Numbered from the stretch's first letter, positions 17,754 through 28,041 are shown. The stretch is DNA of 58,478 nucleotides from Bacteroidales bacterium (GCA_025455395.1 JALOMO010000022.1:1-58478), one strand, 5' to 3'. Notes: generated from the sequence alone by a model not told the origin. Translations and numbers: made by a program.

Positions 17754-18406
17754 TAATCCCTACCTGTAATGATCAGATGGTCAAGAAGCTGGATATCCAT
17801 TAGTGCACCGGCCTCTTTGATCTTCCGGGTTATACGTATGTCAGAGTCACTGGGGCTGTTGTTACCTGAAGGATGATTGTGGCATATCACAAGCCCGGAT
17901 GCCAGTGTCTCAATGGCTTTCTTCATGACGATACGCACATCGGTGACCGTTCCGCTGACGCCTCCCTGGCTTATCTTCATGCGTCCCGTCACCCTGTTGG
18001 CCCTGTTGAGGAAGAGAATCCAGAACTCCTCATGCGGGAGATCTTCCATCAAAGGACTGAAAATATTAAACACATCGGATGATGACCGTATCTGAGGGTT
18101 CTCAGAGGCCTCGGCAAGCTTCCTCCGACGCCCCAGCTCCAGCGCAGCAGCCAGTGTCACCGCCCTGGCTGAGCCTATACCTTTGATCTTCCGTATCTCT
18201 CCCACACTGAGTCTTCCCAGCTCACTGAGAGAGTTGCCGGCCATAGCCAGCAGTTCATGCGCAAGGTCAACAGCTGACCTGTTCCTCGTTCCTGATACTA
18301 TCAGTATGGCTAACAACTCAGCATCGCTGAGGCTTGAGGGCCCTTTGTTCCAGAGCCTCTCACGGGGCCTGTCCTCGACAGCCCAGTCTGTGATTTTCAA
18401 TGACAT
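17723..18406 (-). CDS. radC: RadC-family JAB-domain protein
   Basis: RPRERL, LSDAELLAILI, HhH region and JAMM motif HNHPSG..PSDSD. ATG 18406 (MSLKITDW) is preferred over the TTG at 18433. Confidence 0.85.
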   Translation of the reverse strand: MSLKITDWAVEDRPRERLWNKGPSSLSDAELLAILIVSGTRNRSAVDLAHELLAMAGNSLSELGRLSVGEIRKIKGIGSARAVTLAAALELGRRRKLAEASENPQIRSSSDVFNIFSPLMEDLPHEEFWILFLNRANRVTGRMKISQGGVSGTVTDVRIVMKKAIETLASGLVICHNHPSGNNSPSDSDIRITRKIKEAGALMDIQLLDHLIITGRDYYSFADNGAL

Positions 18407-18436
18407 GCAGCAAAACATTTTATCCCACTGCAAGAT

Positions 18437-18466
18437 AAAAAAAAGCCGCCACTGAAAGTGACGGCT
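18437..18466 (-). terminator. rho-independent terminator after rpsT
   Basis: Minus strand reads agccgtcactttcagtggcggct followed by 8 T. Begins 20 nt past the rpsT stop. Confidence 0.65.
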
Positions 18467-18485
18467 CTTAATGATTTTTTATGAT

Positions 18486-18737
18486 CTATAACGAACTTAC
18501 ATGTTTCGTTATCGAAGACTTAAGGTTAGAAGCTTTCTTCTTGTGAATGATATTCTTCTTTGCGAGCTTATCAAGCATTGAGTTGAGCTTTGGAAGCATC
18601 TCAGCAGCTTCAGCTTTTTCTGATGTCTTGCGGATCTTCTTTAGTGCATTTCGCATGGAGCGGGCATAATACTTATTATCCTCTTTCCTTGCCTCAGACT
18701 GTCTTGCGGCTTTCAGTGCCGACTTGTGATTAGCCAT
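18486..18737 (-). CDS. rpsT: 30S ribosomal protein S20
   Basis: MANHKSALKAARQSE N-terminus. 83 aa, highly basic. Confidence 0.9.
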   Translation of the reverse strand: MANHKSALKAARQSEARKEDNKYYARSMRNALKKIRKTSEKAEAAEMLPKLNSMLDKLAKKNIIHKKKASNLKSSITKHVSSL

Positions 18738-18758
18738 TTTTTATATTTATAAAATTTG

Positions 18759-18830
18759 TAGTCCATAGGGGAATCGAACCCCTGTTACCAGGATGAAAAC
18801 CTGACGTCCTAACCACTAGACGAATGGACC
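18759..18830 (-). tRNA. tRNA-Glu (anticodon TTC)
   Basis: GGTCCATTCGTCTAGTGGTTAGGAC D-arm typical of tRNA-Glu. Anticodon stem TCAGG/CCTGG, loop TTTTCAT, T-arm AGGGGTTCGATTCCCCT. 72 nt. Confidence 0.9.
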
Positions 18831-18941
18831 TTAAAGAACTTTAAAAAGCGGATGCAAAGATGGATGAATTATCTGCAAAATATTTATTAAAAAATATCTC
18901 CCGCCCTTGCACCGGTTGGTCTGTTGAGGCCTCAGATGGTG

Positions 18942-19409
18942 CTAGAAGGCATACCTGAATGATATTCCTGCCTTGAAATGAAACCAGTCACCACCGATAA
19001 TATCGAAGCTTGGAATGAGGTCAAGTGAGATGTTGAGAGGCAGGTCATCGAATGTGTACTCTATACCTCCGACAACATCAGCGCCCAGAACTATTGATGT
19101 CTCATACTCGTCTGCCTTGTCCTGGTTCCAGAAACCCAGGTGAGCACCGAACCCTATATACCAGTCAAGATTGGGAGCCCAGCCTGTTGGCTTCTCAAAT
19201 TCGTATAGTCCGGTGATAAGGAAGTTGTCAAAGCCGTATGCTACTCCGGCAATCAGCTCAATCGCGTTGGTATTATTGATAAAGGTCTTGAATGTAATCC
19301 CTGAAGGCTCACCTCCCCTGAGGCCTATCGCATTCTTATAACTCTGAGCCTGTGCGCCGATTGAAAGCGCCAACACAAACATCGTAATAACAAGTACTTT
19401 TTTCATCAT
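18942..19409 (-). CDS. small outer-membrane beta-barrel protein
   Basis: MMKKVLVITMFVLALSIGAQAQ signal peptide (ATG 19409; the track start is a TTG). Alternating beta-strand pattern. C-terminal ...ISFRYAF with terminal Phe. Confidence 0.65.
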   Translation of the reverse strand: MMKKVLVITMFVLALSIGAQAQSYKNAIGLRGGEPSGITFKTFINNTNAIELIAGVAYGFDNFLITGLYEFEKPTGWAPNLDWYIGFGAHLGFWNQDKADEYETSIVLGADVVGGIEYTFDDLPLNISLDLIPSFDIIGGDWFHFKAGISFRYAF

Positions 19410-19471
19410 TAGTTTTTTAAAAAAATTAAGTTGCAAAACTATATATTTCCTCTAACGAAAAAAATGTCTTT

Positions 19472-20284
19472 TTATTTAAAAAGTAAAAGACTTATTGCCA
19501 TAACACCCATGCCTGATACGAGCCCGTATATTGAGAGATGGTGTTCTCCGTATTTCTCAGCTGCGGGAAGAAGCTCATCGAGTGATATGAACACCATTAT
19601 CCCTGCCACGAAGGCGAAGAGCACTCCCATGAGAGTATCATTCATCAGTGGCATCAGGATAAGATAGCCTGCGAGTGCTCCCAGCGGTTCAGACAGTCCG
19701 CTGAGAAAAGAGAGTCTGAAAGCTTTCCGTTTGCTGCCCGTGGCATAGTAAACCGGCACTGAGACTGCTATCCCTTCAGGGATGTTGTGTATGGCGATAG
19801 CCACGGCGATGGCAATACCCACCTGTGGATCGGAGAGGGCTGCGGTGAAGGTGGCAAGGCCTTCGGGAAAGTTATGAATGCCGATGGCAAGTGCGGTGAA
19901 GACCCCCATCCTCATCAGCTTTCCGCTCCTTACCTCATCGGCACCCCCCTCAAGCTTTTTTATCTCATGAGGGTTCTCTGCCGAGGGGATCAATTTGTCT
20001 ATTATCGCGATCACAAGAATCCCTGAGAAAAAGGCAATAACGGCGGTCCACCAACCCGTACGCATGCCCATTGCGCCCGTCAGTACTTCACGTCCCTTTA
20101 CAAAGATCTCGACAAAGGAGACGTATATCATCACCCCGGCTGAGAAACCGAGAGAGACGGTAAGAAACCGCGTGTTGGTCTTTTTGGCAAAGAACGCTAT
20201 TGTGCTCCCGATGCCTGTTGAAAGGCCTGCGAAGAGGGTCAGCAGGAAAGCAAATAGTATTGTATTGAAGTCAGGTTCTACCAT
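19472..20284 (-). CDS. zupT: zinc transporter ZupT (ZIP family)
   Basis: Collinear with ZupT: [69 protein letters not shown]. Confidence 0.9.
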   Translation of the reverse strand: MVEPDFNTILFAFLLTLFAGLSTGIGSTIAFFAKKTNTRFLTVSLGFSAGVMIYVSFVEIFVKGREVLTGAMGMRTGWWTAVIAFFSGILVIAIIDKLIPSAENPHEIKKLEGGADEVRSGKLMRMGVFTALAIGIHNFPEGLATFTAALSDPQVGIAIAVAIAIHNIPEGIAVSVPVYYATGSKRKAFRLSFLSGLSEPLGALAGYLILMPLMNDTLMGVLFAFVAGIMVFISLDELLPAAEKYGEHHLSIYGLVSGMGVMAISLLLFK

Positions 20285-20309
20285 ATGCTGTTATTGACAA
20301 GTTCACCGG

Positions 20310-20317
20310 CAAAAATA
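20310..20317 (-). promoter_or_regulatory. candidate -7 box (TATTTTTG) for zupT
   Basis: Exact TAnnTTTG match, 25 nt upstream of ATG 20284. Confidence 0.35.
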
Positions 20318-20355
20318 CCAAAAATGGCTATCTTGCAGCAGTCAAAAAGAGATAT

Positions 20356-21195
20356 ATGAAATTATCGGTCTTTAATATATCAAATTTCAGAGTCGACGGA
20401 GGGGCAATGTTCGGAGTAATTCCGAAAGCCATATGGAGCAGGTCTGTGCCTTCTGATGAAAACAATACAATAGTTCTTTCCCTGAATTCGCTTGTCATAG
20501 AGACAGACGGGAGAGTGATACTCATTGATGCAGGCTGGGGCGACAAGCAGGATGAGAAGTTCTTCAGGCATGCCTATCTCCATGGCGGGGCCGGACTCAT
20601 CGGAGGATTGGCTCATTGCGGCTACGTGGCGGAAGATATCACAGACATAATTATCACCCACCTGCATGCCGATCATTGCGGAGGATGTTTTTCACGCGAT
20701 CCCGAAGGGGAAATTGTGCCTGTTTTTCCCAATGCCTTATATCATGTCAGCCGTGCCCAGTGGGACTGGGCCTGTGAATCGAACCAGCGTGAGGAAGATG
20801 CTTTCCTTGATGAGAACATAAGACCCCTGGGTGACAGTGGCAAGCTGAACCTGATAGATGGCGACTGTGAACTTTACACAGGCATAAGGCTTCGGATTTG
20901 TTACGGCCACACTCCCGGGCTTATCGTACCCGCCGTCACCTGCAACGACCGCGTTTTTGTCTATACAGGTGATCTTATTCCGACATCAGCACATATACCT
21001 CTTCTCTGGAATATGGCTTATGATCTTCTTCCCCTGGTAACCATTGCAGAGAAAGAAGCACTTCTCACTGAAGCCCTTGAGAATAACTATGTACTCATCT
21101 TTCAGCATGACCCTGATGCGGAGTGCTGTACGCTGAAGGAGACACCGAAAGGTATCAGGGCAGGAACAAAGACGATGCTGGCAGATTACTTCTGA
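20356..21195 (+). CDS. MBL-fold metallo-hydrolase
   Basis: THLHADHCGG metal-binding motif and downstream GHTPG and D/H ligands. 279 aa. Confidence 0.8.
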   Translation: MKLSVFNISNFRVDGGAMFGVIPKAIWSRSVPSDENNTIVLSLNSLVIETDGRVILIDAGWGDKQDEKFFRHAYLHGGAGLIGGLAHCGYVAEDITDIIITHLHADHCGGCFSRDPEGEIVPVFPNALYHVSRAQWDWACESNQREEDAFLDENIRPLGDSGKLNLIDGDCELYTGIRLRICYGHTPGLIVPAVTCNDRVFVYTGDLIPTSAHIPLLWNMAYDLLPLVTIAEKEALLTEALENNYVLIFQHDPDAECCTLKETPKGIRAGTKTMLADYF

Positions 21196-22205
21196 GTTAA
21201 GGAGGAGGAGCCTCTGACAACAAGCTCAGAGGTGATGACCTTCGTCTGGAAAGGTTTTTTTATGTTTTCGATGCGGTCAAGCAACAGTCGTGCTGCCTGC
21301 TGTCCCATCTCATATCCCTTCTGATCAACCGACGAGAGACCGGGTTCAGTCAGCCTGGCGATCTGGCTGTTTGTAAAGCCAACCACGGCAATATCTTCAG
21401 GAATCCTCAGGGCTGAACGTTTTGCAATCATAAGAGTCTGGGCCGCGGTAAGGTCATTAACAACAAAAAATGCTTCGGGCAGCGGTTTTCTTTTCAGGAG
21501 TGCCGGAACAATTCTTTCAGCTTCCTCAATGTTGTCGCACTTGATAATGTCATCAGGTGACGGCACAAGGCGGTATTCTTTCATTGCCCTGAGATATCCG
21601 CTGAGCCTGTTACGGGCAATAGCCAGGTGAGGGGGACCAGACAGGTGCAAAATCCGTTTCTTCCCTGACCTGAGAAGATGTATCACAGCCTTGTAGGCTC
21701 CCTCTTCATCGTCTATTACAACCTTATCTGTCTCTATCTCTTCTGCGACCCGATCAAAGAAGACGAGGGCGATGTCCTTTTCGATGATGTTCCTGTAATG
21801 GTCAAAATTGGTTGTACCCTTTGCAACAGAAGCCAGTATACCGTCAACACGGCTTGAAAGGAGCGTCCTGATATTTTTTACCTCATGTTCCCACATCTCA
21901 TTGCTCTGGCAGAGGATCATATTGTAATCTCGCTCGTAAACCACATCCTCTATTCCGCTGATGACTGTAGAAAAGAAGTAGTGAACAACTTCGGGTATCA
22001 TCACGCCTATTGTCTTTGATGATCCGCTTTTAAGGCTGAGTGCAATAGGGTTGGGCCTGTAGTTCCAGCGCCGGGCAAGTTCATTTACCGCATCGCGGGT
22101 TGCCTTGCTTATGTCGGGATGGTCTTTCAGTGCCCTCGAAACAGTGGAGGGCGAGATGCCCAGTTCGCGCGCGATGTCTTTTATTGTGATGCTCTCTTTC
22201 CCCAT
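21186..22205 (-). CDS. LacI-family transcriptional regulator (probable starch/maltose locus regulator)
   Basis: N-terminal HTH ITIKDIARELGISPSTVSRALKD plus periplasmic-binding-protein-like sugar domain. Divergent from susC. Confidence 0.85.
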   Translation of the reverse strand: MGKESITIKDIARELGISPSTVSRALKDHPDISKATRDAVNELARRWNYRPNPIALSLKSGSSKTIGVMIPEVVHYFFSTVISGIEDVVYERDYNMILCQSNEMWEHEVKNIRTLLSSRVDGILASVAKGTTNFDHYRNIIEKDIALVFFDRVAEEIETDKVVIDDEEGAYKAVIHLLRSGKKRILHLSGPPHLAIARNRLSGYLRAMKEYRLVPSPDDIIKCDNIEEAERIVPALLKRKPLPEAFFVVNDLTAAQTLMIAKRSALRIPEDIAVVGFTNSQIARLTEPGLSSVDQKGYEMGQQAARLLLDRIENIKKPFQTKVITSELVVRGSSSLTQK

Positions 22206-22282
22206 TGACAGGAAGGGTGATATCTGTAAAGATAGTAAAAAAACAATACCGAAATGCCCGCTGTTTATGCCGGAAACATGAA

Positions 22283-22298
22283 TTCAAACGTTTGCGGC
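22283..22298. promoter_or_regulatory. candidate LacI-family operator (ttCAAACGTTTGcggc)
   Basis: Perfect 10-bp palindrome CAAACGTTTG with central CG, between lacI and susC. 15/16 identical to 44141..44156. Confidence 0.5.
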
Positions 22299-22432
22299 AA
22301 CGATTGCATAAAAAACCTCAAAAAGAGTTGTTTAACTCTTTTAAAAGTACGATTTTTATGATCCCAAATCTGATAATTTAATATTTTAACAACTACTTAA
22401 TATTGTGTAACCTGCAATTAAATGATCGATCT

Positions 22433-25324
22433 ATGGAGAAACTAACTGGAAAACGGCTCTTCATGCTGGCCTTCGGCATAATGATGAGTCTTGTTGTCTT
22501 CGGGCAACAGGTAAGGGTGTCAGGTACAGTTGTAAACGTTGTTGTCAGGGGCTCGCTGACAGGTGCCATCACCGGCATTAACGGAGAATACTACCTCATG
22601 GCAGCGCCAGGGGATGTTCTTGTATTTACTTTTATCGGTTATCTGCCACAGGAGATTACAGTCGGAAACCAGACTGTCATCAACGCGGCACTGCTTACTG
22701 ATGTTAAGGCTCTCGACGAGGTTGTCGTCATTGGTTATGGTACTGTCCGCAAGGAAGATGCTACCGGATCAGTGAGGACAGTTAACTCCGAGCAGCTCAA
22801 CCCGGGACTTTCATCTGCCCCCAGCTCACTTATCGTTGGTAAGATGGCCGGTGTACAGGTCACAACAAGCAGCGGTGCTCCGGGTGAAGGAGCCCAGATA
22901 CGTATCAGGGGAGGCTCATCTCTCAGGGCAAGCAATGACCCGCTGATAGTTATTGACGGCGTGCCGATGGACCTTGAGGGCCCTTCAGGCATGAGAGCCT
23001 CAATCGGGAACATCAACTCTAATGACATCGCATCATTCACTGTCCTGAAGGATGCATCTGCCACTGCCATCTATGGCTCAAGGGCATCAAACGGAGTAAT
23101 CCTTATCACAACCAAGAAGGGTACAACAGGGCAGCCCTTCAGAGTACACTACACCGGAAGCGCCTCGCTGAGTACGGCAATTAAATTTACGGATGTATTC
23201 ACCGCTGCGGAGTTCACTGACCTGATACAAACCAAATATGAATCAAATGCGCAGGCACAGGCTCTTCTCGGCGACGCCAACACTGACTGGCAGTCAGAGA
23301 TATATCAGCAAGCATGGGCGCAGGATCATAACCTCAGCTTCTCAGGCGGAGTGAAGAACCTTCCTTACAGGGCGAGCATTGGTTATACCAACCAGGATGG
23401 TATCCTGAAGACAGATAACCTGGAACGCGTCACCCTTGCCGTTAACCTTAATCCTACTTTCTTTGATGATCATCTTAAAGTGGATCTGAGCGCCAAGGGT
23501 ATGCTTATGGATAACCGTTTTGCCAACCGCGGCGCTATCGGTGGAGCACTTTCAATGGATCCGACACAGACGACAGACTTCCTCTGGAAGAACCCTGACG
23601 GGTCTCCTCTCTTCGTTGCCCCGATGAATCCGCTTGTTCAGCTTAGCGATTATAATGATGTGGCTGATGTCAACAGGCTGCTCGGCAACCTGTCATTTGA
23701 ATACAAAATGCATTTCTTCCCGGCTCTCAAGGCCAAGCTGAATGTCGGCCTCGACCGGTCAGTGAGTGAAGGTTCTGTTGAGATACCTGTGGGTTCATTC
23801 CTTTCATATTCAACCTACCAGGGCAAGGGACGACTTACCGAGTATGACCAGAATAAAACCAACTCACTCCTTGATTTTTATTTTGACTATACCGGTGAGT
23901 TTGGCGACCACAGCCGCCTGAATGCCGTACTGGGGTACTCATGGCAGCATTTCTACCGCCAGGGAAAAACCAATACTACTTCAACAGACGGTTTTACACT
24001 TTATGAAAAGACCGATTATGAATCTGAAAACTACCTGGTTTCCTTCTTCGGAAGAGCCAACTATGTTCTCTATGATAAGTACCTTTTCACTTTCACTCTC
24101 CGCGATGACGGTTCATCACGCTTCTCACCCGAGACAAGGTGGGGCCTCTTCCCGTCAGCAGCCTTTGCATGGAATATTGCAAAGGAAGGATTCTTCGGAG
24201 ATAAAGTGCTCTCAAACCTCAAGCTGAGGCTTGGTTACGGTATAACCGGACAGCAGAACCTGAGTAATGATGACTATCCCTACCAGGCAATTTATACATT
24301 TGCTGACCCGGGTGCATACTATCCGTTCGGCAATGTATTTATGCAGACCGCAAGAGCTGGCGGATATGACGCCAACCTCAAGTGGGAAGAGACCACAACC
24401 TACAACGTCGGTCTTGACTACGGATTCCTTAAAGACCGTATCACCGGTGACCTTGATGTTTACTACAGGGAGACAAAAGACCTCATAAACCAGGTGCCTG
24501 TTCCTGCCGGAACAAACCTGACCAACCAGATCGTTACTAACGTTGGAAACCTTGAGAACCGCGGTCTTGAATTCTCAATCAACGCAAAAGTAATTGCTTC
24601 AAATGACTTTGACTGGGAACTTGGATTCAACGCCACATATAATGTTAACAAGATCACCAAGCTGACTCTTGTAGATGACCCGGACTATAAGGGAATCTAT
24701 GTCGGAGGTATTGGCGGTGGTGTCGGCAATACGATCCAGATACACAGTGTTGGTTATCCGTCATATGCATTTTATGTTCAGGAACAGGTTTACGACGCTG
24801 ACGGAAAACCGATCGAAGGGCTCTATGTTGACCGCAACAATGACGGGGCTATCACAGGTGATGACAGGTACAGGTATCAGAAACCTGCACCTACATTATT
24901 CATGGGCTTCTCATCAATGTTCAGGTATAAGAACTTCGACTTCACATTCAATGGACGAATAAACCTGGATAACTACGTTTACAACAACGTCTACGCTGGC
25001 GCAACATATGCAAATATGGCTGCCTCAGGCTACCTCTCAAACAGGGTGACAAATGTACTTGACAGCGGCTTCGAGAACTCGCAGTACTACTCAGATTACT
25101 ATATGGAGAACGGCTCATTTCTGAAGCTTGATAACCTGGCTCTTGGCTATAACTTCAACAATATAGGTGAGGGATCGATAGACATAAGACTCTTCGGCAC
25201 AGTTCAGAACCTGTTTACTATAACCAAATACAGAGGGCTTGATCCTGAAGAAGATGACGGAATTGATAATAATACTTACCCCCGCCCGAGGATTTTCCAG
25301 TTTGGGGTTAGCGTAACCTTATAA
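22433..25324 (+). CDS. susC: SusC/RagA-family TonB-dependent outer-membrane transporter
   Basis: Signal peptide, carboxypeptidase-regulatory-like N-domain, plug (LDEVVVIGYGTVRKEDATGSV, ASIGNINSNDIASFTVLKDASATAIYGSRASNGVILITTK), and C-terminal ...FQFGVSVTL. First in-frame ATG is at 22433. Confidence 0.9.
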   Translation: MEKLTGKRLFMLAFGIMMSLVVFGQQVRVSGTVVNVVVRGSLTGAITGINGEYYLMAAPGDVLVFTFIGYLPQEITVGNQTVINAALLTDVKALDEVVVIGYGTVRKEDATGSVRTVNSEQLNPGLSSAPSSLIVGKMAGVQVTTSSGAPGEGAQIRIRGGSSLRASNDPLIVIDGVPMDLEGPSGMRASIGNINSNDIASFTVLKDASATAIYGSRASNGVILITTKKGTTGQPFRVHYTGSASLSTAIKFTDVFTAAEFTDLIQTKYESNAQAQALLGDANTDWQSEIYQQAWAQDHNLSFSGGVKNLPYRASIGYTNQDGILKTDNLERVTLAVNLNPTFFDDHLKVDLSAKGMLMDNRFANRGAIGGALSMDPTQTTDFLWKNPDGSPLFVAPMNPLVQLSDYNDVADVNRLLGNLSFEYKMHFFPALKAKLNVGLDRSVSEGSVEIPVGSFLSYSTYQGKGRLTEYDQNKTNSLLDFYFDYTGEFGDHSRLNAVLGYSWQHFYRQGKTNTTSTDGFTLYEKTDYESENYLVSFFGRANYVLYDKYLFTFTLRDDGSSRFSPETRWGLFPSAAFAWNIAKEGFFGDKVLSNLKLRLGYGITGQQNLSNDDYPYQAIYTFADPGAYYPFGNVFMQTARAGGYDANLKWEETTTYNVGLDYGFLKDRITGDLDVYYRETKDLINQVPVPAGTNLTNQIVTNVGNLENRGLEFSINAKVIASNDFDWELGFNATYNVNKITKLTLVDDPDYKGIYVGGIGGGVGNTIQIHSVGYPSYAFYVQEQVYDADGKPIEGLYVDRNNDGAITGDDRYRYQKPAPTLFMGFSSMFRYKNFDFTFNGRINLDNYVYNNVYAGATYANMAASGYLSNRVTNVLDSGFENSQYYSDYYMENGSFLKLDNLALGYNFNNIGEGSIDIRLFGTVQNLFTITKYRGLDPEEDDGIDNNTYPRPRIFQFGVSVTL

Positions 25325-25336
25325 TTGTAATACGAA

Positions 25337-26932
25337 ATGGCTATGAAAGCAAGATTTTATAAGATTATAGGTGCAGCGGTCATACTCTCATCGATGATGA
25401 TCACTGCATGTGTGAAGGATCTGGATACCATTCCGCTTGATGATGATGTTGTAACATCAGCGAAGATATACAGTGATTACAGTAACTACGAGAAAGTCCT
25501 TGCCAAGGTCTATGCAGGCCTTGCAGTGTCAGGACAGCGTGGACCGGACGGCAACAATGACCTTAGCGGTCTCGATGAAGGATTCGGCCAGTATACCAGA
25601 GCATACTTCTATGCACAGGAGCTGCCTACCGACGAGTGTCTCATCGGATGGAACGACGGTAACCTGAGGGATTACCAGGAGATGGACTGGTCAGCATCAA
25701 ATGAATTCATATTTAATATGTATTCAAGGATCTTCTACCAGATCTCACTCGCCAATGAGTTTATCCGTGAAACATCAGCCGGTAAACTGGCAGACCGCGG
25801 ATTCTCCGCAACACAGGTTGAAACGATAGAGCTGTACAGGGCTGAGGCAAGACTGCTCAGGGCCATGAGCTATTACCACGCTCTGGATATGTTCGGAAGC
25901 GTACCCTTCGTAACTGAAGAAGATGCAGTGGGCAGTTTCCTTCCCGAGCAGATATCAAGGAGAGACCTCTTTGACTATGTTGAGAGCGAACTGCTGGCAG
26001 TCGAAACCGAACTGCTGGCTCCACGGACAAATGTCTACGGTCGGATGGACCAGGCAACGGCATGGATGCTGCTTGCACGCCTCTATCTTAATGCGGAGGT
26101 ATACGGTGCAGGTGCAAAATACACTGAGGCAATTACTTATACCAAAAAGGTGATTGCAGCCGGATATGAGCTTGAGACCAACTACGCGAAAATGTTTATG
26201 GCAGATAACCACACTGCCAAGGGGATCATCTTCGCTGTTCCCTATGACGGAAATCAGACCAAAGCATGGGGTGGTACCACATTCCTTGTCAATGCACAGG
26301 TCGGGGGCTCAATGCTTCCCGCAGACTTCGGCATAAGCGGCGGATGGTGGGGTCTGAGGGCAAGACCGCAGTTTGTAGACAAATTTCCGGGAGACAACTC
26401 AGATAAGCGTAAGCTGTTCTGGACAGCAGGTCAGTCAAAAGAGATTGATGACATGTTCAATTTCAACCATGGTTTTGCCGTGATGAAGTGGAAGAACGTC
26501 AAGTCAACCGGCGGCGCCGGAGTGAACGGTACACACCCCGATACTGACCAGCCTCTCTTCAGGCTTGCTGATGCATACCTGATGTATGCCGAGGCAGTCC
26601 TTCGTGGCGGCACAGGCGGAAGCACCACTGATGCACTCAATTATGTCAATGCTATCAGAACTGCTGCTTACGGCAATACAGACGGTAACATTACCCAGGG
26701 TCAGCTGACTCTTAGCTTTATCCTTGATGAGAGAGCCCGTGAGCTTTACTGGGAAGGGTACCGCCGTACAGACCTGATACGTTACGGCCTATTCACCGGA
26801 GGTACTTACATCTGGCAGTGGAAAGGCGGAGTGAAAGCCGGTATTGCCACAGATGCAAAATATAACCTTTACCCGATTCCGGATGCAGATATGGGTGCAA
26901 ACCCGAACCTGACCCAGAACGATGGTTATTGA
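25337..26932 (+). CDS. susD: SusD/RagB-family nutrient-binding lipoprotein
   Basis: Lipobox ITA|C. RAMSYYHALDMFG and LADAYLMYAEA TPR-like SusD signatures. Lies immediately downstream of susC. Confidence 0.9.
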   Translation: MAMKARFYKIIGAAVILSSMMITACVKDLDTIPLDDDVVTSAKIYSDYSNYEKVLAKVYAGLAVSGQRGPDGNNDLSGLDEGFGQYTRAYFYAQELPTDECLIGWNDGNLRDYQEMDWSASNEFIFNMYSRIFYQISLANEFIRETSAGKLADRGFSATQVETIELYRAEARLLRAMSYYHALDMFGSVPFVTEEDAVGSFLPEQISRRDLFDYVESELLAVETELLAPRTNVYGRMDQATAWMLLARLYLNAEVYGAGAKYTEAITYTKKVIAAGYELETNYAKMFMADNHTAKGIIFAVPYDGNQTKAWGGTTFLVNAQVGGSMLPADFGISGGWWGLRARPQFVDKFPGDNSDKRKLFWTAGQSKEIDDMFNFNHGFAVMKWKNVKSTGGAGVNGTHPDTDQPLFRLADAYLMYAEAVLRGGTGGSTTDALNYVNAIRTAAYGNTDGNITQGQLTLSFILDERARELYWEGYRRTDLIRYGLFTGGTYIWQWKGGVKAGIATDAKYNLYPIPDADMGANPNLTQNDGY

Positions 26933-26955
26933 TAAACTCAAAAAAAATTACAGAT

Positions 26956-28041
26956 ATGAAAAGATTAAGTCTGATATTTTTAATGCTTGTTGCAGTTTTC
27001 ATTGTATCCTGCGAAAAGGACAAGGAAAATGTGATGCTCAAGGAAACAATTGCGGCTAACGACCTTAGCAATCTGTCTGCCTCTACATTTGTTCTCCTCC
27101 TGGACAATGCAGCACAAACGTTCCAGACATTTACATGGACTGAAGTCGATTATGGTTTTGAAGCTGTAACCAAATATGTGGTCCAGGTAGATGTAAAAGG
27201 CAATAACTTTGCCTCGCCTGTAGATATACTTACTGTCACAGACGCTACCACCGCCTCTATTACTGTTGGCGCTTTCAACGATGCACTTCTGAAGGCAGGA
27301 TTCGAACCTGAGGTTGCTGTTGACCTGCAGTTCAGGGTTGTGGGAACCATCAATCCCGCTGTTGCTCCAGTAAGCTCTGACGTGGTTGAGGCTAAGGTCA
27401 CTCCTTACGCCACCACCTTCCCGCCTATCTACATGACAGGTGCTGGTACCGGTGGCTGGAACTGGAACCTTTATACCTACAAAGAGCTGAGAAGTACATC
27501 ACCCAATGTCTACCAGACAATCGCATACTTCTATAATAATGAGGCATTCAGGTTCTTCAAGCAGGCTGACTGGGGTCCAACATCCTGGAATTATCCCTGG
27601 TTTACTACTGTCGATCCGGAGCTGGTCAATGCGAATGACGGTGACAGCAACTTCAGGGTTGCCGCTCCAAGTGGCTATTACACGGTAACTGTCAATCTGA
27701 AGACCAAAACTGTTACCATGGAGCCGGCCCCTGACCAGGTACTGTTTGCTACCGGAGCTGCCCTGGGCGGTTGGAACTGGGATACTGACTTCATTCAGCT
27801 TACCTGGCTGTCAAACGGCATCTATCGCGCTACAACCGACTTCGCCAACGAGACATTCCGCTTCTTCGGTCAGGCAGGATGGGGCCCGATAGGCTATAAC
27901 TATCCGTGGTTTACCACTGTCAGCCCGCTGTTTGAAAATGCCAACGACGGCGATAAGAATTTCAGGTTCATCGGGACTCCCGGCAGCTTTACGGTTACGG
28001 TTAACCTGCTGGATAAGACTGTCACAATGACACAGCCCTGA
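26956..28041 (+). CDS. SusE/SusF-like surface lipoprotein with two tandem carbohydrate-binding-like repeats
   Basis: Lipobox IVS|C (ATG 26956; the track start is a TTG). Third gene of the PUL. Internal duplication GGWNW...FRFF.QA.WGP..NYPWFTTV...NDGD.NFR...TVTVNL..KTVTM. Confidence 0.7.
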   Translation: MKRLSLIFLMLVAVFIVSCEKDKENVMLKETIAANDLSNLSASTFVLLLDNAAQTFQTFTWTEVDYGFEAVTKYVVQVDVKGNNFASPVDILTVTDATTASITVGAFNDALLKAGFEPEVAVDLQFRVVGTINPAVAPVSSDVVEAKVTPYATTFPPIYMTGAGTGGWNWNLYTYKELRSTSPNVYQTIAYFYNNEAFRFFKQADWGPTSWNYPWFTTVDPELVNANDGDSNFRVAAPSGYYTVTVNLKTKTVTMEPAPDQVLFATGAALGGWNWDTDFIQLTWLSNGIYRATTDFANETFRFFGQAGWGPIGYNYPWFTTVSPLFENANDGDKNFRFIGTPGSFTVTVNLLDKTVTMTQP

